From Tubulanus polymorphus (Eukaryota > Animalia > Nemertea), in the NCBI RefSeq assembly GCF_964204645.1, contig NC_134025.1:30236299-30300298 (forward strand): 64,000 nucleotides of DNA, read 5' to 3'. Every line of letters starts with the position of its first letter. The stretch's first letter is position 1. The translations under genes and the position numbers were made by a program. Shown here in pieces: positions 13,600-26,400 of the stretch. Below the pieces are notes generated by a model, which did not search any database, was not told the DNA's origin, and saw only the letters and a program-made list of their open reading frames with translations.

Positions 13600-15479
13600 T
13601 GGCTCATGTCGTTATACGCATATCCGACATCAACAGAGACTGCAACCTGAGTTTTTTAATTCAACGGACAATTATGTTTCCTATGAATAACCTCAATCAA
13701 TCCTCTCATAAAGTATTATTCCAGTCAACCGTAGACGTTCAATATATTGCCCTACGACCAGCATTAGTCGATGATTTATCAAAATATGACATAAGTGAGT
13801 TTGACCATAGTTGTTTAAAAGATGAAGTAATTTGAAATTAACTACTTTTTCAAGCCCTAAAAATTTGAAATCGACTTTTTTATGACGCTGGGGTCCAGTC
13901 ATCAATCAGTCATTAAACCTCATTAAAAAAAAGTTTTAACCTAAAAATAATCAGGATCCAATTCTACAGCGTGCAAATACTTACAGGAATTCCCTGACAT
14001 TGGAATTTCGGGTTATTCTTAAACACAAGATCAGCCATTACGTAATAATAGGCTACGTAGCTCTCCGATAGTTCAATATCTACATACGATAATCGCAAAA
14101 AATATCAACATAGTTCTGTATCGGTGGCATACTGACCAGATACTGTTTGAAATCTTATTGATTACACATTGCCATTAAGTGAGGAAAACTATGGGCTTTA
14201 TCCATTAACCCTTCAAGAGTGAAATACACTGTAATTAGAGCTCCACAAATCATCTCCAAAATTACCATCGTGCCACAAAACATTTTTAGTATAGATTTTA
14301 GTATTTCATGTATCTAGTAATCAGCAACTGTTAAATATTGAAATCACGTAATAGTTTTCAAGCATCTAGGAGAAGGTAATTGATCCCATGGAAGGCCTCA
14401 GTCGGTATATAGCCACTTGGTTGACCAGGTAAACAGGTTATTTCAATAGAATTAATACTAAATCCCGTAATGGTTAATGCCTCTCTTATAATTACAAATA
14501 CAAAAGCAAAACCGCAAAATGGCCACAGAGTTCAAACCAGTTTTATGATTAAGTATGAACAACTGAAAACTGATCATATTAAAACATTTAGACCATTTGC
14601 TTGAGGGTGAAAACAGTGAGAAGAACAAGGAGGTGAGTTACATATGTAGAATCATACAAATAGACAACATGAAAATAGTCAAACATGAGAATTCATTTCT
14701 GGAATCTAGAGTGACATGAGAGTAATAACTGTACATATAAAAAACACAGCAGACTCATCCTAACCTACGAGCAATTATCTGAATAATTGCTCGTAGTCCT
14801 GACTCAAATCTATTGGGATTACTGATGCATTGAATTCCACTGGGCAGATCAATGCAGATCATATTTTCAAATATGGATGAATTTTTGGTGTCCTTCATGA
14901 AACCGACCTAATTGGCTTTGCACTGTTGGCGCTCACAAGACATGGATCATAGACAACATTGTTATATACAGGTGCCCTACAAATGTAGAAATACCGTTAT
15001 ATCTCTTTCCATTGTCAGGAAATGCCCCTAGATTCACCAATGAGTTCACATAATACACAATCTGTTGTAATGGTTCTAAGATCTTTGTTCCAGTTAAGAG
15101 GGACTTGATAGCATTTGAGGAGTCTACTGTAATATTAGTTAGTTACCTAATCATTGGTGGTAGGCTTTTTATAATCGGATGGGCTTATACCAACTGTGGT
15201 TTGTGAAAATATCCGATCGGGAAACTAAACCACAGACAGGTTACTGACTACTGTAATATAGGCCTACAGGGAATCCAGTTCCACAGTTTTGAAAGAGTTT
15301 AAATAAACTCTTCAGTCAAAATTAGTTCATTTTCTATGTTAAAACTTTTAAAGTGAAATTGAACTCAGACTGGTGGAACTGGGTCCTAGAAGGCCTATAT
15401 TTTTAGTATTTTGCTGATTTTGCGATGAATTCATCTTTCTTTGTTAAGCGATCATTTCGAATGTATTTTGTCGGGTAGT

Positions 15480-15950
15480 TTGTCAGTTTATTGTTTTGGA
15501 AATGCCGAGAACTGGCAGAATTTCAGACTTCTCATCATAGTAGAGACTAAACAGTTCAAAGTTCAGTAAATATTTACTGCTTGGGGTATTTACGTTCTGC
15601 CCCGAATGGATAGAAGTTATTGCGATCGAGATTTCTGTCTGAGGTCAGGAATCTCGCAGGTTGAAATATCCGCAAATCTTTCCAAACGTTCTCCATCGTG
15701 GCCGTGAGCAAGGAGGAGCGTACCATAGCGGTTCACCAAGAACCTTAGTGTCTGTTGTACCATGGTGGGTACACTAAAGGATTTAGATTTTAGGATCGTA
15801 GAGCGACGGAGGTCACTGTGGTGGAGACAACCACTGCGCCAGGGCTTGTGGGCGACGTAGATGTCAAAATTATCGATTTTACATTTCTGATGGCTGCATG
15901 TGGTTTGAAAACGTAAGATCAGCCTTTGGCAAGTGATGACGGGTACGGAC
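15480..15950 (-). pseudogene. Decayed cytochrome P450 C-terminal fragment
   Basis: The - strand reads ...GTLLLAHGHD-(1-nt frameshift)-ENVWKDLRIFQPARFLTSDRNLDRNNFYPFGAERKYP (15696-15574). This contains a PxRF meander and a heme loop FxxGxRxC in which G>E (GAA) and C>Y (TAC) are single transitions. An ELF motif follows in a shifted frame. Stops and frameshifts are present, and the boundaries are approximate. Confidence 0.65.
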
Positions 15951-16708
15951 ACTGTTGTAATAGTAACTTCAGACCAAATTCAGGACATCTATGGCTAGCC
16001 GCCATCATCATCATGGTGGCCGAGAGGGTGCCGGTGGCCGAAGAAGCAGTCGAATTCCAAAAATATATTGTGATTTTCAGGACCCTCCTACGAATGTGCA
16101 ACATAAGACAAGGATTTCTATCAATCCCAGTTGTTGAGTGTATAATAATTTTTACCTTAAACGTGCAATTAAATCTCCGAGTGACTTGCAACAACGGAAT
16201 GTATTTCTTTTTAGAAATTACCCTGTAGATTGCTGTCAGGTGCTGCCCCTATGTATAAGATTAGCGGTGAATAAATGAACTAAACTCGACAGCGCAGTAT
16301 TCCTACTGCGGCACTCGAGTCGCTGTGCATCAAAACCCATGAAACGAAACGTGAACAAACGTAAATACAGATATTCTTGTGTTGTCTTTTCAGAATGCAT
16401 TTATCACCATATAAGAAGACACTATTTTCATCAATAATTTTCTAATGAAATATTAAGAGTACTGATTATAATTGTCGCTGTCTCTACGAAAATCGTCGAT
16501 TCCGTGGAAGATTTTAAATATATGTTGTCAATGGTTACATATTTGTTTCAATATGGCGGAAATAATTTGTAGTTTCCTATTCAACACCTATTATAACTAA
16601 TTCATCAACTTTGAATGGCATTGAAGCTTCATCAAATTTCTCAGCGCTATTAGAAAAATTATGAGAAAAATAATTTATTGATTTATCAAAAAATCGTGTG
16701 ATGACAAA

Positions 16709-19700
16709 ATGATGAAAGTCGGGGATATTGAAAAAAGTGAAAAAAAATCATGTAAAAATTCGTCGGCTGCTGCTGCAGAAATAGAAATGAAAGATTCTGA
16801 AATTGGAGTCTCGAAAAAAGATTTCACAAACGTAGAAGAGGTAGCAGCAACTATGCCGATAGAGCTAGCGCAGGATAAACCAGCCAAGGTAATGACAACA
16901 CTCAAAAAATATACAGGCCTAACATTTCTCTTTGTTTGGCTAAATTATTACTTAATTAAAGATTAAATTTTGGTCAATATTGTGACAATAATAAAGTAAT
17001 CAACCATGATGTCAGGTATTTAGAATACAGTAAATCTCACCCAAATAATGCATCTTTTGATTCAAAAATGAAATCCCTAAATTATTTTACCCATGCGGTC
17101 CCAGTTTGTCTGAGTTAGGCAGGCGAGGTATACAACATTATTGATTGATTTCTCGAGTTATTTTCTAATCTTCAAGTTTTCCTCTAATTGCGTTATTCGT
17201 GTTAAGTGTTTATCCATGTTTCTCTGTGAGATGTAAATCATCGATAATATCCCGACGCTGTTTGTTGCCATTGGTTATGATTGATTTTATAACGATGTCT
17301 CTTTATTATTCAATCAGAGTTTGTCACGGCAATCAGCGAACAGTAAGAATGAGAGGCGTCGACCGTGGTCTACACCTGCCTCGTGTCACAGTAGTTCATT
17401 ATCGGTCAGAAGCAACGGAGTCGATCCTAACAGTTTAATATCGCATACGATGAAACTTCAGGATTGGTTGAGCGCTAAAAATGTCCGTACAGTGCAGGTA
17501 AATAGAAATCAAATTATCATTCATTCTTGAGACTAAGCAGGTTCTTCACTGTACTTCAAATGATTCAATAGCAATTAATTCTAGTCTGAATATCTTTATT
17601 CTTATCTTAATGTCAAGAAATTAAGTGTTTCATGAAACTTGAAATTCTAATCACTAAAGAGCAATTAATTTGATAGATAGAAGATAGAGACAGTGTTATC
17701 TTGGGCGTCACAATGTTTGTGACGACCCCCAAGATAGCACTGTCCATTGCAAAAGCAGTTGTGCTCTTCATAGTTATTTGCTCTTTGGAATCATCTAATA
17801 GCAATATATGAAAGTGTATCAAGTCAATAATGTCATAAAAAGAAATCAAGAACCAAAGACTCAAAATTTATGCTATATTAATTAGGCCTAGATTGTTTTT
17901 TGAAAACTTCTTTAAATTCTAGATGTTTTTCTGTCATTAAAAACCCGCGGTTATTGTTAGAATTTGATACCCTGGAGCTGTTGGTCTTTCCCGCAGCTCT
18001 ATGAACCCCTTATTTGTAATCACACAAGGCTGGGAACTTTCTTTGTCTATCAATGCATTTACTGCCAGTCAATAAAATTAATGTGGGAATAAATTATTGA
18101 AAGTGCAACCCTCACTGGTAGAATATATTGATACTAGCTACAATATTGACTTTCATGTTTAAACACAGTAAAATTCTTTGATAGGAACGCTTTTGTTTAC
18201 GTTTCTAAGGGGGGAAATCGTCAATTATTTGGAAATTTACTGATAAATATTGTCATTAACGATAAGGACACGATTGAGACTTGTACTGCTGATTAGTAGT
18301 TTTAATAATTATGGGGACATTATGGAAACATCAGAAAAGATTTTTACTTCCCGCGATACAGGTACATATTATTATTACTGTTTGACTCGAGAGAAAATCT
18401 ATTTATACTTGAGTTTTATTTTATTCGATTGAATTTCTTTGTAGGAAAAAGCTGATCTTGAAACGAAGGAAACGAAACAAATGTATAATTCAATTCTTGA
18501 TGTAGAAAACTCATTTGTGAAGGTAAAGGCTACAGACCAAAACATTTTAGATATTTGTGCAAATTTCTTTCTTCTAAAATTGGATGGAAATCATTGTTAT
18601 CAGCATTAATGCCATTTATGGTGCCATATTCAGTGTTACATAGTAGGCCCTAAGAGTAAATTTTGTCAATTCTCAAGCCATATGCCTGGGTAATGATAAG
18701 TCTTGAGAGCAGAAATATTTTTCTTGAAACTCTTGAACTTTTTTTAGGATATAGATAAACTCCTTCAATACAAAGATGAATTGAACTTGCGTAAAAAAGA
18801 AGTTCTTCATAAGAGTTATAGCGAAAAAGTCCATGAACCAATTCGTAAGAAGATAAACCGTGCAATGAGTGGCCCGTCTTACGTAGAGCTGGATAAGCGA
18901 AAAAGACAACTTCATAAAGAATATCTGGAATTTACAAACAAAAAGGTAAAGAATTCTTTTAGTTTCTTCTTTCATAGCTAGAAAATAACGTCATAGAATA
19001 ATAACGATTACCACTGAGGGAATGTGTTCAATTCTGTCATTCTAACCACTCTAACACCTCTGACATTTTCAGAAAGTTTCCTATGATCTTAACCCTATAA
19101 GACCCAGAAAACAGAAGACACATATCGTTGATCATGTGAACATATCTGCCAATTTTAACGAATGTTTGAAGAAAGACATTCTAAAAAAAGTTGAGCGACT
19201 TATTTCGATCTTCAAGGTTTTCAGGCTGTTTTTGTGCTATTTATTCTTGTATTAATTGACAATTGATTTTCTATTTGAAGGGTCATGTATTTTTGGATAC
19301 CTATGCACCAGAAGAATATTACCCATTAGGATTGTGTCCAGTTCGTCCATATCATATCAAGGTAAAAAATTATTTTCATAGGGGTGGGGGCATTATTTGA
19401 CACTTATATGTTGCGCAGTGCTCAAAACTTCATGTACATTATCTTAACAATTGTGTACATGGCCTCGGCACAAATGCCCCTGGCCCTGCATGAAATTTGT
19501 AAATCTCACTTTATAAATTTCTAGTTGTTTTATTTTCACTGGTAAATGTAGATGCACTTATTTTTATGTTTGTGTGGGTTTAGGCGGAGCTTAATCATCT
19601 TTCTGACCCGGTGTTGAATCAGGAGCGTAAACGGGCCGAGGAGGACCGTACGATATTACACTGCATCACAGGCAGACGTTACACTGATAAAGATATAGCA

Positions 19701-20773
19701 CAAATTCACTTACCACAGCTACCTTTAGTTCCACTCGGGCGTCATGGCACGGAATGCAGTACCTGGTTAGCCATGAAATTACACGATATTGAAAGTCCAG
19801 TACGGAAAGCCAGTCAGTGAGTGTGCTTCATTTTTTTGTTCACAATATTGAAACTCAGTTTTGGTCATCTCATTACTGAAGTGGTCTTTATTTCAAGTCT
19901 GAATTAGATTTGAGTTTCAGGAAAAATCATTTGAGAAATCAATTCTACTCTTGTATAGTTGAAATTATTTCATTTTCAAATATCTAACTCTGAAGTCAAA
20001 CATCAACCCAGAACTAGAAGTTGTTTGGTTCTAAATGAATCATTTTAGGCACAGGGGCTTGTCACAATTTAATAATGAATGGATGATACCAGTATCCCTG
20101 TTCTTTTTTTAAACAGGGATACTGGTATCATCCATTCATTATCAAATTGTGACAAGCCCCTGTGATTTTAGGGTTATCTGAATTTGTTGATCAGACTAAA
20201 AAATGATACGTTTTTTCATATAATCAGCCGGGTCACTTTTGTAAACTGCACTGAAATTTGTTATCAGATCATTTTTATAACTGCGTCGCAGTATGTAATC
20301 AAGATCAAGATAAATGCTGGGTCTGTTATTATTAGCTTGATCATGATTTTTAAAAAGGTAATATACAGGGTACATATAGGAGGCCAGCTGGGTCAACTTT
20401 AAAGTGCAGCAGAAATGAGTAAAAATTGGTATCAATTTATTTTAGCCCTAACTCAGTGATTGTCAGATCATTCATCTTAGGGATTTTGATTTTAAATGTG
20501 TGTATGAATGATTTTTTCAGAGGGAGGATGCACGGTGACTATAACTACAGTCGCTGTTACTTAAACAACTGGGCGGAATGTCGCGACCGATCTGTAGCAG
20601 ACGGTGAAATGAATCTACAACATAAACGCATCGTTAAAGGTCAACCTCCGTGTTTAAGTTACCCGCAAATGACAAATCATATGCTGATTAATCCATTACC
20701 AGGAGTGACGGAAATGTCGATTCCACCTCAGAATTCATATCCATTCAATCAGAGCATCGATGTGTCTACGTAA
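16709..20773 (+). CDS. FAM228B: FAM228-family protein, ~7 coding exons (first exon uncertain)
   Basis: Spliced core: EKADLETKETKQMYNSILDVENSFVK|DIDKLLQYKDELNLRKKEVLHKSYSEKVHEPIRKKI...HKEYLEFTNKK|GHVFLDTYAPEEYYPL|...SDPVLNQERKRAEEDRTILHCITGRRY. It resembles FAM228B (ENSFIK..LN.RRKEML..V.DP.QKKI..NKKG..F...Y.P.EY.P). Exon phases are consistent through to the stop at 20773. A versus B paralogue cannot be resolved. Confidence 0.75.
20050..20164. mobile_element. 115-bp almost fully palindromic MITE with 8-bp target-site duplication (P- or hAT-like)
   Basis: 53-bp arms with one mismatch and a ~9-nt loop, with ends CACAGG...CCTGTG. It is flanked by direct ATTTTAGG at 20042-20049 and 20165-20172. 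Confidence 0.85.
20190..20447. mobile_element. MITE family copy (second copy ~39565-39787)
   Basis: The two copies share internal sequence (gccgggtcanttttgtaaa, gggtctgtta, ttgatcangattttaaaaa) and inverted ends of the form (g)gctaaa...aatgatac / gtat(c)a...ttttagcc. Confidence 0.65.
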
Positions 20774-23419
20774 TCATAAACAATTAAACATCATTTCAAT
20801 CTGGTAGATATAGATGTTCACTTTTTGGAAAAAGATTCAATATGATCTCAATAAAGAGTTGTAAATGAGGGGTGTGAAAAATGTTTGACAAAATAGATGA
20901 AGCTCCTGTAAATTAACGGAAAATATTCATAATCTACCACGGTATATTCCAGATCCATATCTAGGAAATACTTTTCAATATCATCAACCGCATTTAAATG
21001 ATACTTGTTTAAGGTACGCTGGATATTTTGTACATATTTTGCTTTCTGTCAAAAACTATTATTGATTATGTAGAGAAGATTGTCTGAATTATGACGTTTC
21101 GATGACATTCAGATCATCTCTTCAAAATTCCTTTAACGGCGAGCAATACCAAATGATAACAACCTATCTACATAAAGTAGGTGCTTACCCTCTATTGAGG
21201 TCTCATACTCGCGTAGGAAAGTAACCTGTGATAATAATACGTACAGCAATGTTCTAATGAAATTTTTACATTCTTTTTTATATCACCTTTTTAAATGAAC
21301 GTTGCCTTAAACTGCTTTGAATGGTTATATTTTTATGTACATATCTACTACCAGTTTACAATGTACTGTTTGAACAGTAAGTCGCCATATTTTCATAAAA
21401 ACCATGGTTGCCTTTAAATTGTGCCTATCTTTGAATAAACCTTGTAATTTAGTGAAATACACTTTAAAGCTTATTGTATAATTTTTGGGATTAGAATATT
21501 TGTAACTTAAGGTTTATCGATGGTAAACCGTTTTAAGATAAGCCTGTCTGTGATATTTTAGCACATTATGCACTGTTTAACTGACTGGATTGGAGATTGT
21601 AACAGTTTAGATCGAGCACATTCATTTGACAGAAAAAGATTTGAGTTTTGTTAGAGTGTAATGCGAATAAGCTTCAGTTGAATTCATTCAGTTTAAGATG
21701 AAAAGTAACCCATTATATAAAGTTTTGTTAAGTTTGTTTATATTTTCACTGCTGTGTTGTACATAATAATTTGCAATTTTGTCTTAGATTTTTTGATGAG
21801 ATTTTTATCAAATCTCTTTTGATGTGTGAATAAAATGAAATACTCTGAACGAATGAATTTGTCTTTTATTTTCATTTTCGTTCCAGTCTTTGTCCACTGA
21901 ATTTCAAACAGTGAATAGGATAGCAAGCCTTATTGCCAGATTTCTTGCAAATACATTACTGGTAATATCCAATGAATTTGATAGCAATAACTGTTTAGCT
22001 CTGATGTTTCTGACCCTATAGGCTACGTGATCTAACAGCGGATAACATCCAAGTTTAATATCACACTCATTGGAAAAATTTAGTCCTAATATGCTGTAAA
22101 TTGTAATTGTATATTAGTCTGAAGTCGGACTCATAATGTCCGATAAGCACTGAGTGGAGTCTACTGCATGGAGTTCCCGATTAAGTCTACTGGAGCATCC
22201 AACTGTGATATCACCGACTCATAATGTCCCATAAGCACCAACTTTAGAGGTGTCTACTGTATGGATAACCAAACAACTCTTCAGAAAATGTCAAGAAAAA
22301 CTTAATTAAACTTCACTTAAATCCTTTATTAATTCATTTTCTAACCGTTTTAACATTTATAATAATGTATTCAACCCTGAATAATCATTGTAAGGCTGGA
22401 AAAATTCTAAACCAATCAAGAACTCATATACAAACTGTCGACACAAGGAACTCTTTCATGTCTCAGTGAATAAACATAAAGTCTCTTTATGTCATATGTA
22501 GATAGGCTTCATTCCCTTGAACTCAGTGTTATGCAAATAATACATTTCTTTCCTCATTCAGTGTAAGAGCTAACTCGGTTTTAGAAAAGTTTCTCTTTTT
22601 CAAAGCTAGGTCACGTTGTTACCCTGATTTCATTGACACAAATACTGTATTTATGACTAAAATGTATTAGGACTGCAGACAGTCTGAACAGCAGAATTAT
22701 TATTATTCAATTGGAATAATGAGATAATAAATCTATTAGAAAATTAACCATTCAAAATAAAACATTAAGATTTTGACAATTTTTACAACTGAATAAATGA
22801 ACAGTTGAACTGGTGCATATTTTAACATGATAATATAAGTGTTTGTGACACTATAAGACAAACATGAGATGATACCCGGTACATTAAATTGGCACATGTA
22901 GATTTGGCATATGTTTTACAACTGTTGCTGCACAGATAATTCAGGAGTATCAGTTTTATGATATTTACCGACACCATTTATAATCAATCACAGCAGTTGT
23001 GGCCGGTTTCAGACTGAATGAAACCTTCAGCCATCGATGAGACATGTTAGTGAGGAGATACTCCTCTATCTATCTAGTATAATCTGTCAACAAAATAAAC
23101 TAAATCATGAATGAATACTGGTTAAAATTATCATAGTATTTCGATACTATATCGTCTTGTAAATCATATACTATTACAGTGGACTAGGCTCGCTTGGATC
23201 TTGCAGGGCAAATACATATTCTCTGAAGCAAATGACTTGGGGCAGACAGTCAGAGCAATGATGATACAAACTGGAGTAGGAAAATTGTTAACATTTTGTC
23301 CATATAATTGGAGGCAAGCGCAGTGTACTGAATACCTATTATTCCATGTGTGAAGATAAACTCATCTACTGATATGATGGACTATTTTTACATGGTTGCT
23401 ATACATATTATTATCAGTA

Positions 23420-26400
23420 TTACATCGAGCCAATATAATATCGATCGTGATGTACGACCCCTCCAGGACCAGCAAGTGATGTCGTCTGCATTAAATCTGC
23501 ATCGATTTCACGAGCCGCTTGTCGACCTTCGTTGATCGCGTGAACAACTAACGACTGACCGCGTCTGCAATCTGTATAAACATACAAACCACGTTCATTA
23601 ATGTATAATTTTTAAGCTATTTTCAATTACCGACTGAAAACAAGACCTACTTCAATAGTTGCTAATTCAGTTCAAAAGACATCTTAAATCATGACTGGTC
23701 TTAAGTTTCTAGATTGGTTATAGAACCAAAATGAAATTAGAATTGTCTTAAGCTGTTAGATCAGCTATTGAACCAAATTGTGCTTAGACTGGTCTTAAGT
23801 TATTAGAACCAAAATAAACTTTGTTATAGAACTAAAGACTGGCCATGAAAATAAGCCTATAACTGCAAACCTTGGTTCTGGGATATATTTACCTCCAGCA
23901 GCATAAACTTTATTGACGCTAGTTCTGTATTTTCCCGATGTGACTTTAATATTTGACCGCGGATCCAGTTCCAAACTGAGTTCGGTACTGACTGGTTTTT
24001 CAGGTCCGAGGAATCCCATCGCCAACAGAACAAGATCGCATTCATAAATTTCCTCCGAATCTGGAAATGAATGATAGATTAGATATTAATCAGTTGTCTA
24101 TCACAGCCTTATTGCTGTAGTAGAGTATATAACAGATAGATGACCTGGAACTTCTTTCATCTGCCAACGTCCAGTATCATCTTTCTTCCATTCGACTTTA
24201 CAAGCTCTGATTCCAGATACATTTCCATTTCCATCATCGATGAATTCCTTACTCAACATATTATACAGACGTGGATCTCGTCCGAACTTGTGCTGAACCT
24301 CGGCGTGACCGTAATCGACACGGAATATCTTGGGCCATGTTGGCCACGGGTTATCCGAGGCCCGTGTCGCGGGGGGTGTCGGCAGGATCTCAAACGCTGT
24401 TATATTTTTAGCACCCTGAAACATAGATAGAGTATAGAATTAAATTAAAGAGGTCCAGTTTTCACTTCAAACTGAAGAAAACATAAGTCAGGAGTATAGA
24501 ATCATTATAGAATCATGAGAATTCAGAACGTACCATTCTCAATGACGTAGCGATACAATCACAGCCAGTATCACCTCCTCCTATAACCAGTACATTCTTA
24601 TCACGAGCGTACGTTGCTAGGTAATCTATATCATTCCCTTGTTGTTTCTTCTGCCAGGTTTCCAGGAAACTTACCGCGAAATGAATACCTTTCAACTGGC
24701 GTCCTACGAGAGAACAAGAGATTGGTTGATTCAATTCTTAAAACTGATATTCAGAACAAAAAGATCAAGACCCAGTTCAACAGTTGTGAGATTTGACGCT
24801 ACATATGAATGAACTTAATGAACTCTAGTGTCAAACCCGAGAACTGCAAAACGGTTTCCCAGGGCCAGTCGCCTTGATGTCAGTTAATTCATCCACTGGT
24901 AAAACTCTTGTTTAAGCAACTGGCTGCTGAGGATTTCGAATGAAATATTCATCAGGTGAGGGATCTGACTACAGACCTGGTATAGGTAAATCTCTAGGCC
25001 ATGTTGCACCAGTAGATACCAGTACAGCATCATTCTCATTCACTAAATGTTGCACAGATAAATTCACACCGACGTTAGCGCTTGTGACGAATGTGATTCC
25101 TTCTGCTTCCATTAAATCAAGTCTTCTTTGTAATACCTACAATAAATCATTCATAAAATTCACTCTTCAGGCAGGTGGGGGGGGGGGGGGAACTATCTCA
25201 GCAGCAGTTGTTAGGGTAGAAATATCTGACTCACATCTTTGTCTAGTTTCATGGTTGGAATGCCGTATCTCAACAATCCTCCAGCGCGATCATTCCGTTC
25301 ATAAACGATTATCTTATGACCGGCCTAACAAATAACAGATGACAAATATCTTCAGTAACTATGAATAATAACGAAATATCATAGTATAATCATTAGAATG
25401 TGCAGAGACCTTGTTGAGTTGTGCAGCAGCAGCCAATCCCGCAGGACCACTTCCGATAATAGCTACTTTTTTACCGGTGCGATACTCAGGAGGTTCCGGT
25501 TTAACCCAACCTTGTTCCCAAGCGTGATCGATAATCGCGCATTCGATATTTTTAATTGTAACAGCCGGTGAATGAATGCCGAGAACACACGCCCCTTCGC
25601 ACGGAGCGGGGCATGCTCGTCCCGTGAACTCAGGGAAGTTATTTGTTTGATGCAGTTGATACAAAGCTTCTTTCCAGTTCTCCTACAAAATGTTTCAAGA
25701 TTTTATTATTATTTTCAGAGATAGATCAGAATCACGCGACAAAGTTCAGCTGAAACCAACGGTTTACCTGGAAAACTAAATCATTCCATTTAGGTATAAC
25801 ATTTCCTAGAGGACATCCGTGATCAGACTGACAGAACGGAACTCCACAATCCATACATCTAAAACAGATAACAAACATCCTTAACATTCCGGTCTTTGTA
25901 TTCGACTAAATAATAGAGGGTCACAACATATCTGGTTTTATGTTCAAGGCAGAATGTTTATGTTCAAACAAACACTGTAAAGATGGGCAGAAGTATTCTA
26001 CATATTCTATCCCTGAAATGTTATAATCAGATATGTTGTTCTTCTAAAGATCGTGAGTTATTTCTCTAGTGTTTTCTATTGACCTGGCCGCTTGAACGCG
26101 TAGATTTTTCTTCACACCCTTATGATTGTAAATCTCTTTCCAATCGCGTGATGTTTGACTCGGCGGACGATATTGATTCTTCGCACGATCATATTTCACG
26201 AATCCCCTGAAAATAATCATCGAAACATCAACAAACTTATTCATGATACTGATTGGATAAATGAGCGTTATACGAAATCTACCTCGTCTTGTCGAGGTTT
26301 TTCATCTCAATTCTTCGTTCCTGTTCGGCACTAGGAATAACATCCTCTATATCGGCGAGACTCGGTCGATGTATGAGTCGAGGTTTCCTCTTCGCGAGAG

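Noticed and set aside
15617-16228. ORFs 15617-15952, 15919-16194 and 15926-16228 as intact proteins, an antizyme-type frameshift (TCC TGA), or an RNase P/U3/telomerase RNA
   Set aside because: No antizyme similarity and no complete conserved RNA boxes or telomere template. P450 remnants explain the block better.
24940-25335. 131-aa + strand ORF and similar antisense ORFs over GOGAT, EXT2, RNF113A and CRY
   Set aside because: Shadows of real exons on the opposite strand, with no independent motifs.
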